From assembly GCA_965645245.1 (NCBI GenBank), contig OZ287079.1:1240001-1304000 (forward strand): a stretch of 64,000 nt of DNA, read 5' to 3'. The position numbers and the translations under genes were made by a program. Numbering within the stretch: the first letter of the stretch is position 1; every line of letters begins with the position of its first letter. Origin of the DNA: Massalongia carnosa. Its lineage: Eukaryota. A model generated the notes under the pieces. That model was given only the letters and a program-made list of their open reading frames with translations, ran no database searches and was not told the DNA's origin. Below, piece by piece: positions 1 through 12,000 of this stretch.

Positions 1-355
1 GTTACCAGGAGCGTTCCTGTCGTTCTCAGAGTATATAGTGCCGCTCAGGATGATATGGGGACGCTCCGTAGCTTGGGAAGTCGTGGAGGGTGCAGGGGAA
101 CGTCGAGAAAAGCTCAGGGCTGACTGGGATGGAGACCTCTGCCATATATTAATATATAAGCTTGATTAAATAAAGGATATGGATCAATACTCTTGAAGCT
201 TCATTCCCAAGCTCTGCTGAACCAACCGTACGCTTTCTGCCACGCGTAATACGTTCAGTAACGTCGATATCACATGCTCCAGGAAGCTCAAATACTGACT
301 CTGTCTCGCCAGGGTCGGGGCGGGTTGTAGTTGTATCGTCACTAATATCAGACAT
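1..355 (-). CDS. Partial spliced ORF, possible transposase N-terminus
   Basis: ATG at 355 gives MSDISDD...NEASR. A phase-0 GT..CAG intron at 139-190 follows, then the frame stays open (RSPSQSALSFSRRSPAP...) to position 1. No catalytic motif is visible. Confidence 0.4.
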
Positions 356-726
356 CACTGCAAGTACGGTTCGGGACGGATTTTGGTGGTTTCTAGTTTA
401 AATAGAAGCAAATTCAGTCCATAGCAAGTGATATTTGTAGGTTGACACGAATAAAAGCAGTAAAACAAGTGAAATATCACTTAAAATGTGGGAATGACCA
501 TAGCTTTAAGGCCCCTGGAGCTATACCTAAAACACCACCTATTTTTAGGCCCTAATCCATTGGACTCCATGGAGTCCACTCCATTAGATAAATCCTTATT
601 GGAGTGACTCCATTAAGCCTAAAACCTTATTGGATGGACTCCATTTAAAAAAAAAACCTTTGGAGTGGATTGGAGTGGATTAAATGGAGTGGATATCCAT
701 TAAGAATCACTCCATTGCGAACACTG
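1..726 (-). mobile_element. Probable 5' end of a hAT-like DNA transposon, running off the window start
   Basis: On the minus strand the terminus reads CAGTGTTCGCAATGGAGTG (plus 708-726), a CAG start typical of hAT TIRs. Dense subterminal TGGAG(T)/(A)CTCCA repeats occur in both orientations at ~555-715. An inward-reading spliced ORF follows. The partner TIR is not in the window. Confidence 0.5.
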
Positions 727-1372
727 GCCGAATCCTTACTGAACTCGACATCATTCTATCGAATCTGGAAATCCGATTTAAGAGTAACTAGTAGGCATGC
801 CTTTCAGGGTGAAATGTCCTTGCTCAGAGATGAATCTTGCCGTGGCTTCAAGCATCTTTCTAACTTGAACGCTTCCTTTATATTTGTGCATATCTCCTGT
901 ACGAGTACATGGATGTCTGTTTTGATTTAAGGGCTTGCAGTTGCTTCGGGACAAATTCCATTACTCGATCAATCCACACAGAATATAGAGAAAATCAAAA
1001 TAAACAGCCTCTGATCAATCTACTCGCTCCTCACGGAGGAAACAACTCGACACTGTTATCAGAATGTTATACTTGAGAATTCTTTTGAACCTAGTTACCG
1101 TCATCTATCTATTTCGATTAAGTGTTGTGCTTGGTCACTACGATGGAACTATCTGTTGCAATCTTGCGCTGAAAGACTGTTTCCGCTATTTTTTATTTAA
1201 TTCCTTTCTCTTCTTCAACTTACAGACAGATAGAACGTCGAGTTTCGGAATCACAAACCCTAGGCTTGTTTCTATAGAGCCAATCACTTGTCTTTTTTCT
1301 TTCTTTCTTTTCTCTTGCTATATATATATACATACATATAGGAACAGACAGGGGGATTGGGACTTGATATAA

Positions 1373-1398
1373 TACCTACCTACCTACCTACCTACCTA
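1373..1398. repeat. (TACC)n microsatellite
   Basis: TACC tandem run seen directly. Other simple repeats: (CA)n ~1557-1576, (TTTG)n ~15913-15936, (GA)n ~28220-28241. Confidence 0.9.
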
Positions 1399-1958
1399 TA
1401 GGAATAGTCCCATTATTGACAACAAATAAGTTTTACCGCAATCAATCTACCCATCCATTCAGCCAACCCTTTCCAGAAAATCCCTACCAGGACGTTGCTG
1501 CTGATGAATTTGTCGATTGGATGGATAAATAAATGTAGATATATATAACAACTCACCCACACACACACACACACACGTTGTGTGAAACCGCCCGTGCGTG
1601 ATTTAATTTCGCGACTCTGAAAAACTCATTTATTGAGGCCGCATGGAATCTTGCTTACAATTAGGGAGTAATAAATAATTACACATACACACATCGCGCC
1701 CATTCATCTTTTCCCTCCAAAAACTCCCGCGCAGATGCAAAGTATGTAGGATAAGTGATAAGCTGGATAGGAAAAAAGCACTATGTCCTACGTACGCCCT
1801 CCCTGACCAGGTCATAAATCCATGAAACACACAAAAGATCGCGGGCTCGAACGGTATTAGTTTAGTTCTTCTGTTTCACTCTTTATTCATGTCACGAGCA
1901 AGCATATCGACAGCCCCGTCTCAACGGCGGAGAAGGAAAAAACAAGGGGAATAAGGGT

Positions 1959-4900
1959 TCACATATTCGCCAACTCAGCATCAATCTGGCGGTCCAAGAA
2001 CGCACGTTTCTCCCCCGTCAACTCGGTCTGCAGGCGCTGTTCGACTAAAGCTCGCACTAATACAGCGTCAGTAGGTCCCACAAAACGCCAAGGCGCAAGG
2101 GTGGAAGGTGTGGTCAAGAACTAACCTTGTTTCTTTGTAACGGTATCCAGGTTGACTTCTGCAAGGCAGCTTTGCACCGCCTCCACAATCGCACTGTCGT
2201 CCGGTCCGTTGGCCAGAGCTCCCCGAAAATCAACTGTGCTGACGGGTCTGCTGCTCGGATAACCGAGGGGACTCCTGCTTTGGCGGAGCGGAGGGGATTG
2301 CATGGCGATGAGGTTGTCCGTGCTCGGCATGCTCATGCGAGCGTTGTATGGATTATCCTGGTAATGTTCGCTCATGCCAGCGATCGATTGCTGCCGCACG
2401 TGTTGATATTGCGGTTTGTCGGTGTAGGGGATGAAATTGGACAAAATGGATTGGCGGTTGGCGAATGGGGCGGGCGACTGAGGGGGCATGTACGCAGGTG
2501 CTTGGTTGTGGAAGCCCGTCAGGATGGTAGATGCAGGTTTGACGGAGGAATAGACCGAGTGAATGTCATCCATTTCGTATCCCGGATTGTCATACCCGTC
2601 TTGATAGGACTTTTCCATGCTGGCGGTCATGCCACGGCGTCCAGGGAGATTATTGGCAGCGGCATAGTCGTCCCAGCGTTGAAGCGGAACGCTGCGAGGG
2701 TTGAACCCCTCGTCTTCGAGAGCCACAATTTGCTTGTTGCCCTTTTCCCCAATGACAATACGCGTGTTACCCCAGGTAAAGTTGTCTTGATTCCAAAACG
2801 AGTAAATGGGGAGGACGAATGAGTAGATTGGGAATGCCATGATGTAGATGATCATCCATCCAATATGCTGCCACTGTCTTTTGATAATGAATATCACAGC
2901 CTGCAGGCCGTAAACCGCTGCGATCATGATAATCGATATCAGGGGAAACTGGCCCGAACGGGTTGCAACGCGGTAGATCAAATACGCCAAATACCCACAC
3001 GTGGCCGGTAGGATGATTGTGCCGAATAGATCAATGAAAACAACGAAACGCATGCTGAAGCAGCAGAATCCACACAAGTCCTTCAACTTGACCAATTCCG
3101 CTAGATTATGAATGGTCGAGTTGATCCAACGTCGCCTTTGTGAAAGTAAAACGGTCCATGTCTCCGGTGCGGCGGTGCTGGCAAATGCGTCTGGGATGAA
3201 CTTGTACGACATGGAAGGGAAATGCTTGGTCATGAGCGTTGTAAGGTATCTGTCTTCCCCGAGAGAAAGCAAATTCTTCTTATGCAAGGTGTCGACATCA
3301 CATGTACTGTATTCAGCAATGACCTGGTCAGATATAATCAAGGGCCGCCCTTTGTCAACCGTACGAAGTCGATACATGGAGAAGCTATACTTGGCTTAGT
3401 CAACTCCCCTAAGAAAAGTAGGTATGAACTGGACTTACCATCCGGGCAAACAAGTTACTGAACCGAACAAAGACTCAAAGGACTTGGCTAAATGATGGGA
3501 AATGTAGTACTCGTAGACTTGGATCATAGTCCACCAAGTTCGCTCCTCATTCTCCAGGCTTGTCTCGCCACAAATGCCTGCAATCTTTGCGTCGTTGGCA
3601 CAGCTCGCAACTAGCCGATTCAACGAATCTTCCTTAACGCTCGTATCCGCATCGACCATCAGCAGATATTCATAAAGCTCAGGATCCACGCCAATGATGT
3701 TATTGATTTGGTGGAACATTTCCAGTTCAAGTGGTGACATTGGAGAGCGATGGTGAACGCGGTTCAGGAAGCTAAGCAGTAGAATCTGCGAGTCTCGTTT
3801 CCCGCGATTACCTGGCTTGGACTTGGTCTGCTCGGATTCTTTGCCAACTTTCACCACGACGATATAAGGAACTACGTTCCCTTCAAACTCATAGAGACCA
3901 GAATATACCTTGCCGTAGTTGAGTTGCTCGCTGCCTTGACCTACGGATTTGAAGGGCAATGCCGGAGGATCAATCTTGGGATCAACTCCAAGGATATCAA
4001 GAACAATTTTAGGCGTGGGCCTGTCGTTGCCACCACCAACAATCATTCCATCACACATCACGCAGATCAACTTTCGCTTGTTATCATATTGAAGAGCCGT
4101 CAGGGAGTCCAGTCCTTTTCTTAGTTGATCTTCACCTTCCGTGTACGCTGGAACTTGACATATCACGAATTTATCCTGCGCCGCTGGTCGACGCTTCGAG
4201 CCGAGCTGTAAGGCTGCCAGGAACTTCACAAGAATCACTGTGCAGAGAATGATGGTAAAACCGAGCAGAATATAGTTATTGACCTGACACTTGGCCGTCT
4301 TTCGAAAATCCGTCATTCCTTGGAAGAACACATTATCCATACAGTTCAGACTCTTGGAGAAATTTGCAGTCCCTTGCCAGCGATCTGTGATATCCTGGCC
4401 CGCATTGTTTTTGATAAGATCCGAGACTTCTTCAGGAAAAAACGAGTAGTTCCCACTTTTTCCTTCCAATGATAGCGTGTAGAAATAATCTGTCAAGTCA
4501 TATATCTTATTATGAAGAATGACCCAAGGTCGACCATCGTTGGCGCCTTGAGATTGTACTGTTGCTTTGTCAATCACTAGGTCTCCTTTGTAAAATTCCT
4601 TAATCTTCGGCAGAAATCTGTTCTCATACCACTTTATATCGTTCAAATGGGTCCCCGTGTCCGGTTCGAAGAAGGGACCGGATGTGTGCAGACCTTCTGG
4701 GTGCTCAACAGTCGTATTCGCAAGCAGCTGGATGGTGATGTCTTGGACGAGGTAGCTGCAAGCCTCAGAAAGCGGTGGCTGGAAGTATTCATCCAAGTTC
4801 AGGCCCGCAAAAGGTTGCATGGTGGCTTTTGATGTCTTCCTGGTGGGTGTGTCGCTATGATCCCGACTGTAAAATTTCGTGATGTCATAAACCTTGCCAT

Positions 4901-7465
4901 GAACGCTGACCCAAAAGTCGGTCTCTCCTGTATGATACCCGACTTCCTTTGAATCCCAAGCTTTGTCAAAGTTGGGGCAGAGAAGCTTCCCAAACTCGAC
5001 AATATAAAATACCACGGTTGCGTTGAGTAGAAAGATCAAAAGCATAAGAACAACCTTCTCCCTCCATGCCATACGAACATCAGGTCGCTTCATACGCCCA
5101 ACGTAGCGTAGGACAAATGAGGGAATCCAGAATGTCAACGCCCAAACGAAGCTAACCCAAACACGGCGAGAAATGGATATAGGCTGGGAAAAAACTTTTT
5201 TCGGTTCTCCTAGTTCTGGATCCATTTCTCCAGTGAACTGTCCGATCTCGTCGTCGTAATATGTAACTTGGCCTTTCTTGTCATCCCCTTTGGCACCGAG
5301 ACCATAATCACCGGGCATGGTATTTGCTGTGCGCGATAGGGTAGGCGCAATAGATCGAGCTCCACCTATGGCGCTCTTTGCCATCGTTGTCGAGCTTTGC
5401 CGTTGCAACAGATTGTCTCGGCTATTGTATGCCTCGCCCATAGGTGGGAAAAACCCGCTCCCGTTGAAGGCGGGCGTGGTCATAGGGTAACCACTCTCCA
5501 GGCCCCCACCGCCCACCATGCCATATCCTGATTGCGTGCCTGCATAAGTCTCGGCCGGCTTCAGATCAAGCATGCTTTCTGCTTCCCACCAAGCCCCCTC
5601 CCGGATCCACACCCGTTCATGACCCAATACAACTTCCCCATTACTCCATCCGCGCTCCAGGATCCAGCTTTCAACCCCGTCCCTACCTTCTTTGCAGCCA
5701 AGTCGAGCATAGCGGGTGCAGAACTCATCAATGTCAAAATCCGCGGTGAAATCAAGATTCTTATTCCGCCGGTTAGCCCATTCAGGAAGCCTCCATGCCC
5801 GTAGCTGTTTCGATACGGTGCCTGCAGACCAGGCGGATGTGGTAGATGCCAAAGATGCGAGATTTCCGGGAGATTCGTCGGTTGGATGTAGCGACAGATG
5901 GTACCAGACCCTACTACTGCCGAGGACGAGTGGTAGATCTAAACGCTCATGCATCCCCACGCCCAGCCCGTCGCCTTCTCGAGGGTATAAGATATTCCGC
6001 AGGAAGCCTCCCACCTCTGCCTCCACCCCTACTTTCTCCAGTACAGTCTCCCGCCGCTCTCGCTCATACTCACGATCCCTGCTCGCTGGACCACCTGCAA
6101 GACCCAAATCCGCCGCCACTTCTGCCACAGCATTGTGCATCTCCTTGATGACGGAGGAGCCCGCACCAGATATTTCGACACCATCCTCTTTCATCTCCGC
6201 ATTGATGCCTAAAGAGTCGTCGAAAACGCCTCGAAGCGCCACTGCCTTGCCCAAATCGGGTCCGGGAATCTCCACGATAATTATGCTGACGGTATCAGCA
6301 GCGTCCATTTCTGATCCGGGCGTGCGTGTGTCAATTTGGGCGCTTTCGCTATCGCTGGACCCATCTTCATCCTTCATGATTTGTAGCTCGGCCGATATCG
6401 CCTCATTGGCTTTCATCAACACCCAATCAACCAACGCTTCATATATACCCGCAATGAGCACCCCGCGTTCATCCGTGCTGCACTTACGCATGAGGACTTC
6501 CGGTTCGACGCCCAGAAGGCCCCCAACATCCTCACACACATCTTCCAGCACATCTTCTTCGACGAGAAACCCCAAAGTCTCACCAAGCTTGAGTAATCCT
6601 ACGAGAGCGGAAAGCAGACTTCTATGTGCGGAGCCTCGGATGCCAATCGCCTTTAACGAGGAGCGGAAATCCTCAGCAGCTGCAGTATCATCGGCCGCCG
6701 GGAGATACGAGGGCGGTTCGAATGTGCCTGACCGATTCAGGAGAGAGTACGCGGATGGATGTTTCAGACCAAGAAACTCCTTCTCTGCGGGCGTAGATGC
6801 CGAGGTGAGGAGATAATAAAACACATCAAACGCCCGATAGCCCGCCTCGGAAGGTATATTGAGCAATCCACTCGAAGTATCTATCCCGGAGGTCGAAAGT
6901 GATAATGAAGCAGAATTGATCGTACCCGCGAGACTTAGATTGAACGATAGCGCCAGTGCAGAATGTTGCGAGGTATTAGGATTAAAAGGAGAAACCGTAT
7001 TCGTGAACGGTCGTAGCACAGCGAGCGCGGTATGAACTGCAGATGGTATTGTCAACGGTAATGCGGATATAAATGGAGACAGCAACGAAGGGGTTGAGCG
7101 ATGTAGAGATCTGCAAGAACCATTGTTAGTCGAGCGACCCATCTCGAGGTCGATGAAACTTACCCTAGGACGATACATCCATCCTCTGCGCGGCGTCTTG
7201 CGTGCTCCCAAGCCTGCCTGGCTAGATCTCGATCCACCGTTCCTCCTAGGTGGCCATCAATGCCCGGATTGGCAGCAGTGAGCCATGTATTAACCACCAG
7301 GCTTGTACTTGCGTCTAAGCGATATGGTTGTGCCGAAGTGTATATGGTATGCAGAGCATTTAGCAGGGTCGTGGTAGATACTTGGGTTGATTGTTGCGCT
7401 GCTGATCGAACTCCAGCGGGAGTCGATGATCCCGAATAGGTTGACATTCGATTTGAAGTCGCCAT
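1959..7465 (-). CDS. csmB: Class VII chitin synthase with degenerate myosin motor-like domain (CsmB/ChsVII)
   Basis: ATG 7465 (MATSNRMS...). Introns ~7111-7163, 3385-3438, 2057-2125; TGA at 1959-1961. Cytochrome-b5-like segments ([12 protein letters not shown]), CHS motifs [17 protein letters not shown] and QRRRW, DEK-C-like tail. No P-loop in the N-terminal region. Confidence 0.93.
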
Positions 7466-9056
7466 GAAGGGCTGGATGTCCCTAGAAAACGATTGAGTTT
7501 GCCGATTGGCCGTTTTCCATACGGGGTGCGGTCCAGCAAAGACTTGATATGGTTGTTGATAGTAATGAGCTGAGGACTCGCTCAACCGGTTCTGGTGGGA
7601 AAAACAAGATTGTTAAAGCGTAAGGATCCACCTCATCTCAGGAGAGTACATGTAGCCGTGACTACTCCCGTAGGAGAAATGTAAGAAAACTGGAACGAAG
7701 GTGGTGAAGAAATAATAATTCGCTGGAACGATTGTATCTAGCTGGGTGACGGGCGACAGTGACGGCGACCGAGGTCAGCACGATGTTTGTTGAGGCTACG
7801 GATAACTAGACCAACGAGATCTTTACAGAGCTAGGCTATACCTATTCTGGGGTGTTTGTGTCTCATCCAATCGTATCCTATCATCACTCATTCATGGAGT
7901 AATTCATCGTCCAACGGGGGGGGCGATCTCCAACGCCACTGTTAGGAGTCGGATACCAATCTAGAGCTGTTTGAGGGAAGTCAGGGGCAAAATCAAGCGC
8001 TGCTTTTGACAGTGGTCGAGTCGCGTCACCTGGCACTCAATAAACTCCCCGCTAGAAGTACTCAGCCACCACATTGAAACAGCGATGAATTAAGCCCAAT
8101 GGAGTGATGGTGTCATCTAGTATTTCTATTTTTGCACCATTGGAAATACGAGCTCGGTATTCCGTAGCTCAGTACGGAATACACGGATTACTCGGTATAG
8201 AGTTTGGGGTACTGTACAGCGCACAGAGTTTGATGTACAGAGTACGTCGACGCCTGGCACAACTCTCCCGGCACTGGGCGTACCGAGGACTTCCAATCGC
8301 GATTTTCGTGGTAACAACGGTAGCTTACGTGATGACCTTTGTATCGTTTCCACAAGGGTATGGCCGAGAATATCCATCCGTGGGGAGGTATAGAATACTG
8401 ACCTACGCGTACACATAGAACTGCGCGTTTGGTGCAATCGGACTTTTCCAATCTAGAGTACAGAGTGAGTACTCTCCTCTCCTTGTAGCAGGACTATCTG
8501 ATCCTCAACCTAGTCGGAGCCGTGAGTAGGCGGAGAAATAAAGAAGTTTGAAGGCACAACGACAGCAAAACAAAAGTCCCGAGGCTCTCCATTTGCTCCG
8601 AATGGTTCATGTACTTCGGTATGTTAAGTTACTCTGTATCTTGGGCTCCGTACCCTAGCGCGGAGACGCTTTTTCGTATCCGAGACCCTTCCCCGTCCTA
8701 TTTTAATTGAGACACTGCCACAGCACGCTGGGAACAACCTTTGTCGACTTGTGTCTTCGTTTCGCTCCAATTTCGGTTTGTTTTGCTTCACGACGTTGAT
8801 ATCCACGCTCGCTTTAGTTGGAGGGGCATAAGTTACTCTCCTCTTTCCTCGTTACCAGGGATACCACCCAGGAGCACCACCCAGGAGCACCTCCATTACA
8901 AACGCCATTTTCAGTCGCTTTGCTCTACTCGTGGCCGTCTGGAAAGGATTAAATTGAATTCAACATCCTTTAAATGCCCTATGTGAATGCAGACCTCTAA
9001 CAACGGTCGTCACGACTTAGTTTGGCTAACTAAGGATATTTCGTCGCTGTGATAGA
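7466..9056. promoter_or_regulatory. Shared divergent promoter region of csmB/csmA
   Basis: 1.6 kb between the two head-to-head start codons. This arrangement is established for class V/VII chitin synthases in filamentous ascomycetes. Confidence 0.7.
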
Positions 9057-12000
9057 ATGGCGCACCTTTCATTGACGGGAAACAACCCATCTCATTCTCA
9101 GCCTTCGCTGCCCGCGTTACCTTCTCATTTGCAGTCAGACACGCATCTTACGGCGCATCTTGCCAGTCGGTAAGTAGTTTTGCTCCAGGTCCTTCCCTCG
9201 GGTATCGCTGATCCCCCACCAAAGTTTCCATGTTTCCCTTCCCGTTGCGAGATTGTCTTCTCAAGCTCTCATATCACTGAACACCTACACCTCGTCGACG
9301 AAAGGCTCTGATGGCGGCAAATCAGGAAGTGCCATGGCAGAAGCCGAGGATTTGGCTGGGAGGGCGTGGGCGAGGCTAGGGGGCCGAGGGGAAGATCAGG
9401 CTGTGGTTTTCCTGTAAGCCGAGAACTTTCTGATGCTGGCAGCATTGATCTACATGGGAGAACACCTTGAATCTAACTGGTTTGCAGCGGGGAGTCAGGG
9501 TCTGGAAAAACGACCATTCGCTCCCATCTCCTGTCATCAATTCTCTCCTTTTCGAGAACGCCATTATCCACAAAGCTCTCACTCGCAGCGTTCGTTTTTG
9601 ACACGCTCACCACCACCAAATCTGTCACAACGCCCACGGCATCGAAGGCCGGTCTCTTCTTTGAGTTACAATATGACGCCTCGTCGACCGCGAATCCTAC
9701 GCTAATCGGAGGGAAGCTGCTCGACCATCGCTTAGAGCGAAGCAGGATCGCTTCGGTGCCCACCGGCGAGCGTAGCTTTCATGTGTTGTATTACTTGCTA
9801 GCCGGAACGAGTCCGGCGGAAAAGGCACATTTAGGGTTGGACGCGTCCGGCGTCGTAGCTGATGGAGGGATATCCGCAGGTAATAGGACCTCAGCGACCA
9901 TCGGCCACAAAAGATGGCGGTATTTGGGTCATCCAACACAGCTCAAGGTCGGAATTAATGATGCGGAGGGCTTTCAGCACTTTAAAACCGCTCTACGGAA
10001 GCTTGAATTCCCGCGGAGTGAGATAGCGGAAATCTGCCAAGTTCTTGCTACTATCCTTCACATCGGGCAGCTCGAGTTTACTTCGAGTCAATCTACCACT
10101 CCCGCGGCGGACGAGAGCGGTGGTTATTCACATGAGGGGGGCGAGACGGTGACAACTGTAAAGAATAAGGATGTGCTGGGGATGGTTGCGGCCTTCCTGG
10201 GACTGAGCACTCAAGATTTAGAGACTAGCCTTGGCTACAAAACGAAAACAATCCACCGGGAGAGAGTCACCGTAATGCTTGATCCGAAAGGCGCTCGGGA
10301 GAATGCTGACGAACTGGCACGAACCTTGTATTCGCTCTTAGTGGCTTTCGTCATCGAGCAAATGAATCAGAGGTTGTGTGCGCTGGAGGATTCTGTAGCA
10401 AACACTATCTCCATAGTGGATTTTCCCGGGTTTTCCCAGGCAGCTTCCACAGGTTCCACCCTCGACCAGCTACTCAACAACGCTGCCACCGAATCGCTCT
10501 ACAACTTTTGTCTACAGAGCTTCTTCGAGCGTAGAGCTGATATTTTGGAGAGCGAAGAAGTGGGTGTTCCAGCCACAAGCTACTTCGACAACGGTGATGT
10601 CGTCCGAGCATTACTTAAGCATGGCAACGGGCTATTGAGCATTCTCAACGACCAAACTCGACGGGGGAGGAATGATTTGCAGTTGCTGGAAAGCTTGCGC
10701 AAGCGCTTTGAGAATAAGAATCCTGCCATAACCATTGGTAGCGCCACCGCGAAAATGCCGGGGAGCAACTTTGCCACGCTGAATACGGCAGCATCGTTCA
10801 CGGTAAGGCATTTTGCCGGAGAGGTCGACTATCCTATTAACGGCCTGGTTGAAGAAAATGGCGAGATTATTCCAGGCGATTTGATGAATTTGATAAACTC
10901 TACCAAGAGCAACTTCGTACGAGAGCTTTTTGGTCAGGAAGCGCTTCACACGGTCGTGCATCCTAATGAGAGGACAGCAATCATGCAAGCTCAAGTCAGC
11001 TCGAAACCGTCAAGAATGCCCAGTATGGCACGGAGGAGAGGTGATCGACCTGGAAGACCGCTTGCACGTCCCAATAGTGGTGCTGCCTTCTCTGGCGAAG
11101 ATACCGATGAGGTCAATAGTCAGCCAGGGGGCGCCCAAAATCGGGCCGCTGAAGCGCGGAAATCCAACGCTCTTCTTGCAGGCCCTGATCAAGGCGCTTC
11201 AGGCCAGTTTTTGTCCGCCCTTGACAATATCACCAAGTCTATTTCCTCAACAAACACAAACCCATATTTCGTCTTCTGCTTGAAACCAAATGACCGTCGA
11301 ATCGCCAATCAGTTTGATAGCAAATGCGTTCGCACACAAATCCAAACGTTTGGAATAGCGGAAATAAGCCAACGGCTACGCAATGCTGATTTCAGCTTGT
11401 TTCTGCCGTTCGGCGAGTTCCTGGGGCTTGCTGGTTCACAATCTCTCATCATAGGTAGCGAGAAAGAAAAAGCCGAAATGGTTCTAGACGAAAAGAAATG
11501 GCCTGGCAATGAAGCTCGGGTAGGAAGTACGGGAGTCTTCTTGAGCGAACGATGCTGGGCAACGCTTGCAAAGACCAGTGAAAAGGGATTCACAGGAGGC
11601 CGATACTTTGATACCGATGCTGACGATATTGGAGAGGAGGGTATGACGCCGGCTGGGGGTCAGCGAGACTTTGGAGACTCCAGGGTCAATCTCATGAACA
11701 ATGGTGGCTCTCCCGGGGCTTTCATTTACGGAGATGAAGGGAAAACCCCTGGGTATTTTGGTCACCGAGACGCTGATGCCCGCTCTGAGGCTGCCTCGGC
11801 GTTCAACTCTGGTGACATGTTTCGCAACTTTGATACCAGGGAGCAGATGGCAGAGAAAGGCAATCAAAAGAAGGAGGAGGAAGTTGACGCTGTTATGATG
11901 TCGGGAAGCCGAAAGAGGTGGCTTGCCGTGGTGTGGCTTCTCACGTTTTACGTCCCCGACTTCCTCATCAAATGGGTCGGTCGAATGAAACGTCAGGACA

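Noticed and set aside
5716..6816. 366-aa Ser-rich plus-strand ORF, and similar ORFs such as 2127-2822 and 11484-12221
   Set aside because: Antisense shadows of the chitin synthase coding sequences, with no recognisable motifs.
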